This document shows positions 9,357 to 18,864 of a stretch of 32,000 bases of DNA, in pieces. Under the pieces are notes generated by a model. That model did no database searches. It was given only the letters and a program-made list of their open reading frames with translations, and was not told the DNA's origin. The position numbers and the translations under genes were made by a program. This DNA is from Erysipelothrix inopinata (lineage in GTDB: Bacteria; Bacillota_I; Bacilli_A; Erysipelotrichales; Erysipelotrichaceae): contig NZ_CP060715.1 in assembly GCF_014396165.1 (NCBI RefSeq), forward strand, positions 1,320,001 through 1,352,000, written 5' to 3'. Every line of letters begins with the position of its first letter. Position 1 is the stretch's first letter.

Positions 9357-9400
9357 GGTTAATATAAGGTAAACATTTACTTTAATATTAACCATTTTTT
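9355..9400 (+). promoter_or_regulatory. 41-nt imperfect palindrome plus T6: candidate LacI-type operator, terminator of the regulator gene, or both
   Basis: Outer arms ATGGTTAATAT (9355-9365) and ATATTAACCAT (9385-9395) pair 11/11. They enclose the inner palindrome GGTAAA-CA-TTTACT (9368-9381). TTTTTT follows at 9395-9400. Confidence 0.55.
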
Positions 9401-9481
9401 AGTAAACGAGGGAGGGATTTTAATAAATACTAAGAATTGAAGGAATGCGAATTATATTTAAGAACGCAAAATGGAGGAACT

Positions 9482-10528
9482 ATGAAAAAATTAAAAAAAG
9501 CGTTATTAGTATCATTAGTATTAGTTGTTACATTTGGACTTACTGCTTGCTCAAAAAGTAAAGATTATACTGCTCACGTATTCTTCTGGAACTATGCAGA
9601 CCCATTCGTTGGTGAAATTCGAACGAATCTTGAAAAAGAATTTAAAGAAGCTGGCATTGAATATAAATTTTATGATGGCGCAAATAACCAATCGAAACAA
9701 AATGAGCAAATTGAAACTGCAATTAGCTCTGGCGCAAGTATCTTAGTATTAAATCTTGTTGAAGCTGAAACGGGTGAAACTGTTATTAAAAAAGCTAAAG
9801 ATGCAAATATCCCAACAATATTCTTTAACCGTCAACCACCACATGAAATATTTAAAGATCAGGAAGAAGCTGTCCTTATGGATGGAGATGTTATAGGTGG
9901 AGCAAAAGTACAAGGTGAGTTAATTGCTAATTACCTTCTAAAAGATTATGACAAATATGCTAAAGAAGATGGTGTAATTGACTACATAATGATTCGTGCA
10001 GAGTTATCACATGATGCGGCTACTGCTCGTACTAAGTATTCAGTTGAAAGAGCTAATGAAGTTTTAAAAGAAGCTGGTAAACCAGAACTTAGACGTCATG
10101 CATCCGCTCCTTCAGATTTACTTGCAGATGACTGGTCAGCAGCAAAAGGTAAAGATGCAATGAGTACCATTCTCTCAACCCTGAGTGATCCAAGTTCTAT
10201 TGATCTTGTAATTGGAAATAATGATGGAATTGCAGAAGGTGTCGTCTCAGCATTGAACGATAAGGACTACAATAAAGGCGATGATGCTAAATTCATTCCT
10301 GTATTTGGTTATGATGCAACAGACTCAGGCAAAGACTTAATTGCAAATCACAAACTAGCTGGAACAGTATTGCAAGATGCAAAACAAAATGCAAATGTCA
10401 TAACCATGATGGTTAAAAATAAACGTGATGGAAAAGAATTTATTGAAGGAACAGATCTAAAATATGATGGAGACTTCAAACGTATCGTTATTAAAGACGT
10501 AGCGTACGATCCTGCAGTACATAAATAG
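9482..10528 (+). CDS. mglB: Galactose/methyl-galactoside ABC transporter substrate-binding lipoprotein
   Basis: I prefer ATG 9482 (GGAGGA RBS). It has a lipoprotein signal with lipobox LTAC. Long collinear similarity to E. coli MglB as I recall it includes [11 protein letters not shown]..., [29 protein letters not shown] and IPVFGYDA...[11 protein letters not shown]. Confidence 0.85.
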   Translation: MKKLKKALLVSLVLVVTFGLTACSKSKDYTAHVFFWNYADPFVGEIRTNLEKEFKEAGIEYKFYDGANNQSKQNEQIETAISSGASILVLNLVEAETGETVIKKAKDANIPTIFFNRQPPHEIFKDQEEAVLMDGDVIGGAKVQGELIANYLLKDYDKYAKEDGVIDYIMIRAELSHDAATARTKYSVERANEVLKEAGKPELRRHASAPSDLLADDWSAAKGKDAMSTILSTLSDPSSIDLVIGNNDGIAEGVVSALNDKDYNKGDDAKFIPVFGYDATDSGKDLIANHKLAGTVLQDAKQNANVITMMVKNKRDGKEFIEGTDLKYDGDFKRIVIKDVAYDPAVHK

Positions 10529-10537
10529 AGTTTTGAT

Positions 10538-10559
10538 AATAGGCTCATTTGAGCCTATT
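10538..10559 (+). other. Intercistronic stem-loop between mglB and mglA
   Basis: AATAGGCTC (10538-10546) pairs with GAGCCTATT (10551-10559) around a 4-nt loop. There is no clear T-run, so it is more likely an mRNA stabiliser or partial terminator than a full terminator. Confidence 0.55.
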
Positions 10560-10586
10560 TCACTTATTAGATACGGAGTGTATGAG

Positions 10587-12080
10587 ATGAAAGAATTAAT
10601 TCTGGAAATGAATAATATTACCAAGACGTTCCCAGGTGTTAAAGCACTCGATAATGTTAATTTGAAAGTCAAAAAGGGAACAATTCACTCGTTAATGGGT
10701 GAGAATGGTGCAGGTAAATCCACGCTAATGAAATGTTTGTTTGGAATCTATATCGAAGATGGCGGACATATCGAAATTGATGGGAAACAAGTTCATTTTG
10801 ATAATCCCAAACAAGCACTTGAAAATGGTGTGGCTATGGTTCATCAAGAACTAAATCAAGCAACATCAAGAAGCGTTATGGATAATATGTGGTTAGGAAG
10901 ATATCCCAAAAAGGGAATTGTAGTTGATGAGAAGAAAATGTACAAAGATACATTAGAAATCTTCAAATCCCTAAATATTAATGTTGATCCACTCGAAACA
11001 TTGAGTGAACTTTCTGTCTCCCAAAGACAAATGGTAGAAATTGCGAAAGCAGTTTCGTATGATTCAAAAATAATCGTATTCGATGAGCCAACGTCATCAT
11101 TAACTGAAAAAGAAGTTGGACATCTCTTTGAAATTATTTTTCAACTCAAAGAACAAGGATGTGCCATTATCTATATTTCCCATAAGATGGAAGAGATTCT
11201 AACAATTTCTGATGAAGTTACAATTCTTAGAGATGGTACATGGATTTCCACAACTTCGGCGAGTGAATTAACTACGGATATAATTATCAATCAAATGGTA
11301 GGTAGAGAGCTCAAACAAAGATTTCCTGACAAGACCAATAAACCATCTGAAATCCTTTTGGAAGTTAATAATCTTTCGGGATTATATCCTGATTCAGTGA
11401 ATGATGCGACGTTTGATCTTAGAAAAGGTGAGATTCTCGGTGTTGCAGGTCTTGTTGGCGCAGGACGGTCTGAATTACTAGAATTATTATATGGGATGCG
11501 AACTTATGGAAGTGGCGAAGTCCACTTGCATGGAAAATCAATTTTGAATAAAAGTCCCATTCAAGCCATCGATAATGGATTTGCATTGCTTACAGAGGAA
11601 AGACGTGCAACCGGTATTTTCGGAGTTCTTAGTGTTAAAGACAATGCCATCATTGCAAACCTCAAAGAATATAAAAAACATGGTATTCTATCTGATAAAT
11701 TATCAGATGCTGATGCAAAATGGGTCATTAACGCAACACATGTAAAAACACCATCACCAGAAACACGAATTATGTCACTATCAGGTGGTAATCAACAGAA
11801 GGTAATTCTTGGAAGATGGCTATTGACCTCTCCGGAGATTCTGATGTTGGATGAACCAACTCGAGGCATTGATGTTGGTGCAAAATATGAGATTTACCAG
11901 CTTATGCTTGAACTTGCTGAAAAAGACAAGAGTATCATCATGGTGTCATCTGAAATGCCAGAATTACTTGGTATTTGTGATCGCATTCTAGTTATGTCAA
12001 ATCATCGAGTTGCTGGAGTTGTAGATGCTAAAAGCACTAACCAAGAAGAATTAATGGCGCTTTCAGCTAAATACTTGTAG
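10587..12080 (+). CDS. mglA: Sugar ABC transporter ATP-binding protein (duplicated ATPase, CUT2 type)
   Basis: I prefer ATG 10587 ([21 protein letters not shown]...). It has two ABC cassettes: Walker [10 protein letters not shown] with signature LSVSQRQ, then LSGGNQQK with Walker [12 protein letters not shown]. Confidence 0.9.
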   Translation: MKELILEMNNITKTFPGVKALDNVNLKVKKGTIHSLMGENGAGKSTLMKCLFGIYIEDGGHIEIDGKQVHFDNPKQALENGVAMVHQELNQATSRSVMDNMWLGRYPKKGIVVDEKKMYKDTLEIFKSLNINVDPLETLSELSVSQRQMVEIAKAVSYDSKIIVFDEPTSSLTEKEVGHLFEIIFQLKEQGCAIIYISHKMEEILTISDEVTILRDGTWISTTSASELTTDIIINQMVGRELKQRFPDKTNKPSEILLEVNNLSGLYPDSVNDATFDLRKGEILGVAGLVGAGRSELLELLYGMRTYGSGEVHLHGKSILNKSPIQAIDNGFALLTEERRATGIFGVLSVKDNAIIANLKEYKKHGILSDKLSDADAKWVINATHVKTPSPETRIMSLSGGNQQKVILGRWLLTSPEILMLDEPTRGIDVGAKYEIYQLMLELAEKDKSIIMVSSEMPELLGICDRILVMSNHRVAGVVDAKSTNQEELMALSAKYL

Positions 12081-12089
12081 GAGGATAAC

Positions 12090-13226
12090 ATGAAACAAGA
12101 TAAAAGTTTAAATAGTTTTTTTAAACCTATAACTAATTTCTTTACATCAATTCGAAAGATGATTCGACTCGGTTTTTCTAAATCGTATCGTGATAGTCTG
12201 GACGAACTTGAACTAAAAAAACAAAAAGAAGATGTTAAGAACTTCTTCTTAAAGAATGGTCTCTACATTGCGATGCTTGTATTTATTACATTTGTCGCGA
12301 TCTCAAGACCTGCATTCTTATCAACTCAATCTATTGTCAACAATATCAACTTAGTTGCTAAAAGACTTCCAATTGCTCTTGGAATTGCGGGTTTAATTAT
12401 TATTTCTGCTACCGATCTTTCTGCAGGGAGAATCCTCGGAATTACCGCATTAGTTTCCACTGCTCTACTACAAAGAGCAGATTACCCTACGAAATTATTT
12501 CCAGAACTTGGAAATATGAGTATCCTATTGGTACTTGTTTGTGTGATTATAATTGGAGCGTTATTTGGACTGTTCAATGGATTCTTTGTAGCAAAGTTCA
12601 AAATTCATCCCTTTATCGTAACACTTGGAACTCAATTAATTATCCAAACATTAGCACTATCACTTCTTAACTTGAATGGAAATAGTGGACAAGCTCTAGG
12701 TGGTTTACGACCCGAATTTACCGAATTAATTACGGGCGGATTCTATATTGGTGGTATCAAAATTCAATTTTATATCATTTATGCCATCATTATTACTGCA
12801 ATAATTTGGTTTATTTGGAATAAAACAATATTTGGAAAAAATATCTTTGCGATTGGTAGTAATGCTGAAGCAGCTGCAGTTTCAGGAATTAATGTTGATC
12901 GTGTGATCATTGTTACATTTATTCTTGCAGGAGTGCTCTTTGGTATTAATGGTTTTATTGAAAGCGCAGTTGTAGGATCTAATTCCGCAACAACAGGTGT
13001 CGGTGCAGAGTTTGATGCCATCGCTGCATGTGTTATCGGTGGTATTTCATTCTCCGGTGGTATTGGTAAGGTACGTGGTGTTGTAGTGGGAGTTTTACTT
13101 CTTCAATTAATTACAACCTCATTAATCTTCTTAGGAATTTCTCCAGAGTGGCAATATGCAATCAAAGGTCTAGTTATCATTGTTACAGTGGCTATTGATA
13201 TGCGCAAAACCATTGCTCGTAAGTAA
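12090..13226 (+). CDS. mglC: Sugar ABC transporter permease (CUT2 type) with an N-terminal extension of about 55 aa
   Basis: AGGAGG RBS. It is a polytopic membrane protein with motifs typical of the RbsC/MglC family (ATDLSAGR, EFDAIAACVIGG). It follows mglA directly. Confidence 0.85.
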   Translation: MKQDKSLNSFFKPITNFFTSIRKMIRLGFSKSYRDSLDELELKKQKEDVKNFFLKNGLYIAMLVFITFVAISRPAFLSTQSIVNNINLVAKRLPIALGIAGLIIISATDLSAGRILGITALVSTALLQRADYPTKLFPELGNMSILLVLVCVIIIGALFGLFNGFFVAKFKIHPFIVTLGTQLIIQTLALSLLNLNGNSGQALGGLRPEFTELITGGFYIGGIKIQFYIIYAIIITAIIWFIWNKTIFGKNIFAIGSNAEAAAVSGINVDRVIIVTFILAGVLFGINGFIESAVVGSNSATTGVGAEFDAIAACVIGGISFSGGIGKVRGVVVGVLLLQLITTSLIFLGISPEWQYAIKGLVIIVTVAIDMRKTIARK

Positions 13227-13228
13227 TC

Positions 13229-13501
13229 ATGGATACGATCGTAATTTTACTGATTGCATCCACCTTTATGGGACTGATGATGACTTTTCAAGCAAAGAAA
13301 CTAGAACTTGAAAAAGAATCGTTAACACAAAGAGAACTATCAATGATCTATATCTCTTCAGCAATGTTCGGTTCTATTGGCGTGTTATGTGGTGTTGTAA
13401 GTCTTGATTTTCAAAGATCAAATAAGAAATTCGTAGTGACAAATTCACTGATTTTATTAATTCAATTACTGTTTATTGTTTGGTTTGTTTTAGGAGGATA
13501 A
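13229..13501 (+). CDS. Small hypothetical membrane protein (90 aa, about 3 TM helices)
   Basis: This open frame is packed between mglC (2-nt gap) and the GH2 gene (1-nt gap). Three hydrophobic segments are visible. An uninterrupted 90-codon frame is unlikely by chance in such AT-rich DNA. I see no obvious RBS. Confidence 0.5.
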   Translation: MDTIVILLIASTFMGLMMTFQAKKLELEKESLTQRELSMIYISSAMFGSIGVLCGVVSLDFQRSNKKFVVTNSLILLIQLLFIVWFVLGG

Positions 13502-13502
13502 A

Positions 13503-15860
13503 ATGATTAAATCGATAAATAATAACTGGCTTTATGATGCACAATATGATGAAAAATATATTTATGAAATCATGACTTCTGGGAATCGTATTCAAATCCC
13601 TCATACTAATGTTGAGCTTCCTTATAATTATGTTAACGAAAAAGATTATCAAATAAAATCAAGTTACCAATATGTTTTTGATGCAGATACATCGTTCAAT
13701 CATACTTTTATAGAATTTGAAGGAGTAGCTCATTATACTCAAGTATATCTGAATGGGATATACGTTGGCGATCACAAAGGTGGATACACACAATTTACCT
13801 TTGAGATAACCCAAGAGTTAAAAGAAAAAGAAAATCTCTTAACGGTGTTTGTAGATAGTTCTGAAACTTTAAACATACCACCATTTGGAAAGGTCATTGA
13901 CTATCTCACTTATGGGGGTATCTATCGTGAAGTAAATTTAATTCAGAAGAATGAATACTATATCAAAGATGTTTATTCTTATGGTTTGGATCTCCTTTCG
14001 TCTCCAGTTATTGGCTTGGATCTTGAAGTAAATAAGCAACTTGATGGACTTCTAGTAGATGTGGAAATTAGTCACGAAAACATCGGATTTATTGCATTAA
14101 AAGATATAGAACTTCACGATATAAAGGAATCTTTTAAGTTTGATGCAAAGAGTATTGAATTGTGGAGTCTTGAAAATCCAACTCTTTATGATGTAAAAGT
14201 CACGCTAAAAACTAAAGATAAAATCTATGATACGTATTCATTCAAAACCGGATACCGTGAAGCACAATTTACGGATAAAGGATTCTACCTGAATGGAAAC
14301 CATCTGAATATTATTGGATTAAATCGACACCAAAGTTATCCTTATGTTGGCTATGCAATGCCCAAAAGTGCTCAAGCTAAAGATGCGGATATTTTGAAAT
14401 ATGAATTGGGTGTTAATTTGGCGCGTGGTTCACATTATCCGCAATCAAAACATTTCTTAAATCGTTGTGATGAAATTGGGCTTCTCGTATTTGAAGAAAT
14501 ACCAGGGTGGCAAAATATTGGTGATCAAGAATGGAAAGAGATTTCTATTAAAAATGTCAGTGAAATGATTCTTGCCCATCGAAATCATCCTTCAATTATA
14601 AATTGGGGTGTTAGAATTAATGAGTCTCAAGATGACAAAGAATTTTATACACGAACAAATGATGTGGCACGAAAATTAGACCCACATCGACAAACAGGTG
14701 GTATTCGTAATATTGAAATGGTTAAACCAGATAAAAATGCCTGGTTGGAGGATGTGTACACGTATAATGATTTTGATTATCGTGATGGTCATGCATTGAC
14801 CGATACACGTAAAGTGTTCCCTGTATCAAATATTCCTGCTATTGTCACAGAGCATAGTGGTCATACTTTCCCAACAAAAAGTTTTGACAATGAGGCAAGA
14901 CGCCAGATGCATACCTTAAGACATCTGAACATTATCAACCATATGATGGGTAAAAAAGAAATATCAGGATCAATTGGCTGGTGTGCGTTTGATTATAATA
15001 CACATATCGAATTTGGTAGTGGTGACAGAATTTGCTATCACGGTGTGATGGACATGTTTAGAAATACGAAAATGGCAAGTGCTGCTTATGCATCACAAGG
15101 TGTCACAACACCGTATCTTACTGTCTCTTCGGAGATGAATATTGGTGAGCATGATCGTGCGATTATTTCAGATGCGTATGTATTTACAAACTGTGACTAC
15201 GTTGAAATGTACCGTAACGATGAACTTGTTTCAACCTTGACACCAAATATTGATTTGTTTGCAAATCTTCCACACGCTCCAATGTTGATAGATTGGTTTG
15301 GGAATACCTTGGTTGACGAAGAAGGGTACACACCACAAGAAGCAAATCGTATCAAAGAGATTCATCGTGCTATCACTAGATATAGTATTCAAGGTCTTCC
15401 CGAAACATTTAGAGAACTAGCTAAGAACGATGAAGAACTTGACCACATCATGAATCTTCACAATAAATATATACAAAACTGGTCTAACAAGGTTGTCGTA
15501 TATAAGTTTATTGGCTACCAAAATGATAAACCTGTTATTACAGTTCGAAAAGGTGGGGAATTTGAAAGCAATGTTAAGGTCACCGCTGATTCATCAACAC
15601 TCATTAATGAAGCAACATACGATGTTACACGATTAACGATTGAAAGAATCAATGAAAATGGCAATCGACAAGTATACTCTAACGATGTATTTGAATTAGA
15701 GTGTAGTGATAATATTGAAATTATTGGAGATGATTTGGTAAGTCTAATTGGTGGTGTACGTTCATTTTGGGTCAAGAGTATTCATGGTACTACTGGTAAT
15801 GCATGGGTGAAAATATCGAATCGTAGTTTCTCTCAGACTGTTGAATTGAGCATTCAATGA
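13503..15860 (+). CDS. Glycoside hydrolase family 2 enzyme (beta-galactosidase-like), cytoplasmic
   Basis: GH2 motifs are present: NLARGSHYPQS, the acid/base region WGVRINES and the nucleophile region VTEHSG. There is no signal peptide. AGGAGG RBS. Confidence 0.85.
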   Translation: MIKSINNNWLYDAQYDEKYIYEIMTSGNRIQIPHTNVELPYNYVNEKDYQIKSSYQYVFDADTSFNHTFIEFEGVAHYTQVYLNGIYVGDHKGGYTQFTFEITQELKEKENLLTVFVDSSETLNIPPFGKVIDYLTYGGIYREVNLIQKNEYYIKDVYSYGLDLLSSPVIGLDLEVNKQLDGLLVDVEISHENIGFIALKDIELHDIKESFKFDAKSIELWSLENPTLYDVKVTLKTKDKIYDTYSFKTGYREAQFTDKGFYLNGNHLNIIGLNRHQSYPYVGYAMPKSAQAKDADILKYELGVNLARGSHYPQSKHFLNRCDEIGLLVFEEIPGWQNIGDQEWKEISIKNVSEMILAHRNHPSIINWGVRINESQDDKEFYTRTNDVARKLDPHRQTGGIRNIEMVKPDKNAWLEDVYTYNDFDYRDGHALTDTRKVFPVSNIPAIVTEHSGHTFPTKSFDNEARRQMHTLRHLNIINHMMGKKEISGSIGWCAFDYNTHIEFGSGDRICYHGVMDMFRNTKMASAAYASQGVTTPYLTVSSEMNIGEHDRAIISDAYVFTNCDYVEMYRNDELVSTLTPNIDLFANLPHAPMLIDWFGNTLVDEEGYTPQEANRIKEIHRAITRYSIQGLPETFRELAKNDEELDHIMNLHNKYIQNWSNKVVVYKFIGYQNDKPVITVRKGGEFESNVKVTADSSTLINEATYDVTRLTIERINENGNRQVYSNDVFELECSDNIEIIGDDLVSLIGGVRSFWVKSIHGTTGNAWVKISNRSFSQTVELSIQ

Positions 15861-16435
15861 GTTCAAAATACTTAGAAACAAAACAAAAAATGAATGATGG
15901 ACGCTTATATAAAGATATGCTTGACGAACTTGTTGAAGAACGAAATAAAGCAAAAGTTCTTCAATTCAAATACAATCAAACTTCTCCGATTGATCAAGAA
16001 CAAAAAAATGCGCTTATCCAAGAAATGTTTGCTGAGATTACAGAGCCTTTCTGGATCGAAGCACCTGTCCGATTTTCATACGGAAAACATATTCATATAG
16101 GAAAAAACTTTTATGCCAATTTTAATTTTATTATTGTAGACGATGCAGAAGTAAGTATTGGGGATAATGTCTTAGTGGGTCCCAATGTCACACTTACGAC
16201 AGCAGGTCATCCAGAAAACAGGGTTGATCGTATTGCAGGGTATCAATATTCATTACCAATCAGTATTGGTAATAATACGTGGATTGGAAGCAATGTTGTT
16301 GTAAATCCTGGCGTTAGAATTGGTGAAAATGTCATCATTGGGTCAGGGAGTATTGTGACAAAAGATATACCGGATAATGTTGTTGCTTTTGGGGTGCCTT
16401 GTAAGGTTATTCGTAATATTGATGAAAAAAGGTAG
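15857..16435 (+). CDS. Maltose/galactoside O-acetyltransferase (Maa/LacA family, left-handed beta-helix)
   Basis: It has an N-terminal Mac domain (MNDGRLYKD...) and hexapeptide repeats (IGDNVLVGPNV..., IGSNVVVNPGVRIGENVIIGSGSIV). Its start overlaps the GH2 stop (ATGA). Confidence 0.85.
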   Translation: MSSKYLETKQKMNDGRLYKDMLDELVEERNKAKVLQFKYNQTSPIDQEQKNALIQEMFAEITEPFWIEAPVRFSYGKHIHIGKNFYANFNFIIVDDAEVSIGDNVLVGPNVTLTTAGHPENRVDRIAGYQYSLPISIGNNTWIGSNVVVNPGVRIGENVIIGSGSIVTKDIPDNVVAFGVPCKVIRNIDEKR

Positions 16436-17608
16436 GTGTTCTATGTGAGTGATTCAAAAACTGAAATATTTGAGAAATTATTTAGTGAGGAACCTGAATA
16501 TCAATTCTTCGCTCCGGGTCGAGTCAATTTGATAGGGGAACACATTGATTACAGTGGTGGGTATGTATTTCCAAGTGCAATAACTTATGGAACTCATGCA
16601 CTTGCACGACGAAGAGAAGATCATATCATTCGTTTCTATTCGCTTAACTTTGAAGATAAAGGAATTATTGAAGTTGATCTGAATGACTTAAAGTTTGCTG
16701 AGAAAGATGGTTGGACAAACTACCCTAAAGGGGTGTTCAAAATGATCTTAGACGATGGATACAAGTTAGATACTGGAATGGATATATTATACGAAGGAAA
16801 TATTCCTCATGGTGCCGGACTTTCAAGTAGTGCTTCTATTGAAGTCGTCACAGCGACATTATTAAATAAAGCATACAATTTAAATCTTAGTATGCTTGAG
16901 TGTGTCGTTATTTCGCAACGTGCAGAAAATGAATTTGTAGGTGTTAATTCCGGTATCATGGATCAATTTGCTATCGGAATGGGTCAAATGGATAAAGCAA
17001 TTTTACTGAATACCAATACGTTATCCTATCGTTATGTGCCGATTAAGTTAGATAATATATCTATTGTAATCATGAATACGAACAAACGTCGTGATCTTAT
17101 TGATTCAGCTTACAACAAGCGACGTAAAGAATGTGATCAAGGACTTCAGATTATTCGAAAATTTTATGATGTTGCTTCGATATGTGAATTGACTTCTGAA
17201 CAATTAGAGTCCATTAAGAATCACTTTGATGGTGTTATATACAAAAGAGTACGTCATGCAGTAAGCGAAAATGAAAGAACTCTCGAAGCGGTTGAAGTCT
17301 TAGAAAAAAATGATATTATATCTTTTGGAATGTTAATGAATAAAAGTCATGATTCCTTGCGTGATGATTATGAAGTCACAGGAATTGAATTGGATACACT
17401 TGTCGATGCTGCACGAAGTGTGGAGGGTACCATTGGTGCGCGTGTTACAGGTGCAGGTTTTGGAGGTTGTGCGATTGCACTCGTTAAAGATGATCAAATC
17501 GACACACTTATCGAAACGGTTCAAGAAACATATTCAAAGCAAATAGGCTATGATGCGAGCTTTTATGTAGCCCAAATTGGTGAAGGAGCCCATGAGATTA
17601 ATGAATAA
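16436..17608 (+). CDS. galK: Galactokinase
   Basis: It has the galactokinase signature GRVNLIGEHIDYSGG, the GHMP motif PHGAGLSSSAS and a C-terminal TGAGFGGC. The start is GTG 16436 or GTG 16445 and I cannot decide between them. Confidence 0.93.
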   Translation: MFYVSDSKTEIFEKLFSEEPEYQFFAPGRVNLIGEHIDYSGGYVFPSAITYGTHALARRREDHIIRFYSLNFEDKGIIEVDLNDLKFAEKDGWTNYPKGVFKMILDDGYKLDTGMDILYEGNIPHGAGLSSSASIEVVTATLLNKAYNLNLSMLECVVISQRAENEFVGVNSGIMDQFAIGMGQMDKAILLNTNTLSYRYVPIKLDNISIVIMNTNKRRDLIDSAYNKRRKECDQGLQIIRKFYDVASICELTSEQLESIKNHFDGVIYKRVRHAVSENERTLEAVEVLEKNDIISFGMLMNKSHDSLRDDYEVTGIELDTLVDAARSVEGTIGARVTGAGFGGCAIALVKDDQIDTLIETVQETYSKQIGYDASFYVAQIGEGAHEINE

Positions 17609-18548
17609 TATCATCATAGAAAATGAATTTTTAAAAGTTGAAATGTTGCCACAAGGTGCCACTGTAAAATCAATGGTATGGAAACCTAAGAATCGAAATA
17701 TCATTGCAAGTTATGAAATGGAATCAGATTATTTAAAAAACGATGTCTATCTCGGATCATGCATTGGCCCCCTAGCAGGCAGAGTTAAGAATAATACTGT
17801 AGTTGTTGCAAACCAAAAATATCCATTGAAACCGAATAATAATGAAAGTCATCTTCATGGTGGTGAACATGGTTTGAGCCAAGTAATGTTTGAAGTTAAA
17901 AAAAGTGATGGTGATTATGTCCTTCTCGAAGGACTTGGCCATCATCAAGCTGATGGATATCCTGGAAATGTTATGTACAAAATAGAATATCGATTAGTCG
18001 GTTATAAAATGGTCCTTAAACTAGAAGCAAGTGTAACTGAATCAATGCCGCTTAATCTTACGAATCATATGTATTTTAGACTCAATGATCACGGTAATCT
18101 AGAGAAACATCAGATTAAAGTTCCTTCAAAAATAGTCTTTGGTCTCAATGAAAATATGGTTAATGACGGTCTCGAACTCGAAAAAGATGGTGTGTTTAAT
18201 CTTGATGAACTGAGGGATGTTGAACGTCTATTGAAAATGAAACATCCACAATTTGATCTGACAGGTCATATTGATCATACATTTCTCCTAAATTCGAATG
18301 AAATGATTCTCCAATCTGATGATTTGAAAATGACGGTGAGAACTGATTATCCTGCAATCCATCTCTACTTTGCAAATTATTGGGATCAGGCATTTAAAGA
18401 CAGTCTCGGTAAAATGAGTGCAAACCATGAAGCGGTTGCTATAGAGCCTCAAATTCCTGCACCTTGGGTCTTGAATAATCCTGATTATATTTTAAATCCT
18501 GAGGACAGGTATACATATGTTATTGAGTATGAGTTTGAAAATATTTAA
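17592..18548 (+). CDS. galM: Aldose 1-epimerase (galactose mutarotase family)
   Basis: I prefer ATG 17592 (GAAGGAG RBS 5 nt upstream), which overlaps the galK 3' end. Mutarotase motifs HLHGG, GYPGN and NHMYF are present. Confidence 0.85.
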   Translation: MRLMNNIIIENEFLKVEMLPQGATVKSMVWKPKNRNIIASYEMESDYLKNDVYLGSCIGPLAGRVKNNTVVVANQKYPLKPNNNESHLHGGEHGLSQVMFEVKKSDGDYVLLEGLGHHQADGYPGNVMYKIEYRLVGYKMVLKLEASVTESMPLNLTNHMYFRLNDHGNLEKHQIKVPSKIVFGLNENMVNDGLELEKDGVFNLDELRDVERLLKMKHPQFDLTGHIDHTFLLNSNEMILQSDDLKMTVRTDYPAIHLYFANYWDQAFKDSLGKMSANHEAVAIEPQIPAPWVLNNPDYILNPEDRYTYVIEYEFENI

Positions 18549-18557
18549 TAACTTAAG

Positions 18558-18587
18558 TTGATTGATCCAAAATTATAGTGTATTATA
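18558..18587 (+). promoter_or_regulatory. Candidate promoter of the asnS T-box leader
   Basis: TTGATT (18558-18563), a 17-nt spacer, then TATTAT (18581-18586) with TG immediately upstream. Confidence 0.5.
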
Positions 18588-18593
18588 TGTAAA

Positions 18594-18848
18594 ATTAAAA
18601 ACGTTGATAAGGACATGTTTTATTAAAAGCTGCTTCAAGCGAGATGATAGATGGTGAGAGATCATTAAGTAAGCATAATAAAGTAACCCCTTTGAGTTGT
18701 TATCCTGAATTGAGTAGGGATAAACGGGACTGCTCTACCGTTATCATTGGGCACGATTTGTTAGAATTGTAAAGTGATCGTCATGATAATCTGGGTGGTA
18801 CCGCGGAAAGCAGCATTTTCGTCCCTATGGGATAGATGCTGTTTTTTT
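18594..18848 (+). promoter_or_regulatory. T-box leader (tRNA-sensing riboswitch) upstream of asnS
   Basis: Conserved elements are the T-box sequence AATCTGGGTGGTACCGCG (18788-18805), the Stem I AG bay AGCGAGA and the distal-loop motif TGGTGAGAG. A terminator (AGCAGCAT...ATGCTG plus T7) ends at 18848. Asn triplets AAT (18677-18679) and AAC (18685-18687) lie in the presumed Specifier region. Confidence 0.9.
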
Positions 18849-18864
18849 GTACAAGGAGGATATT

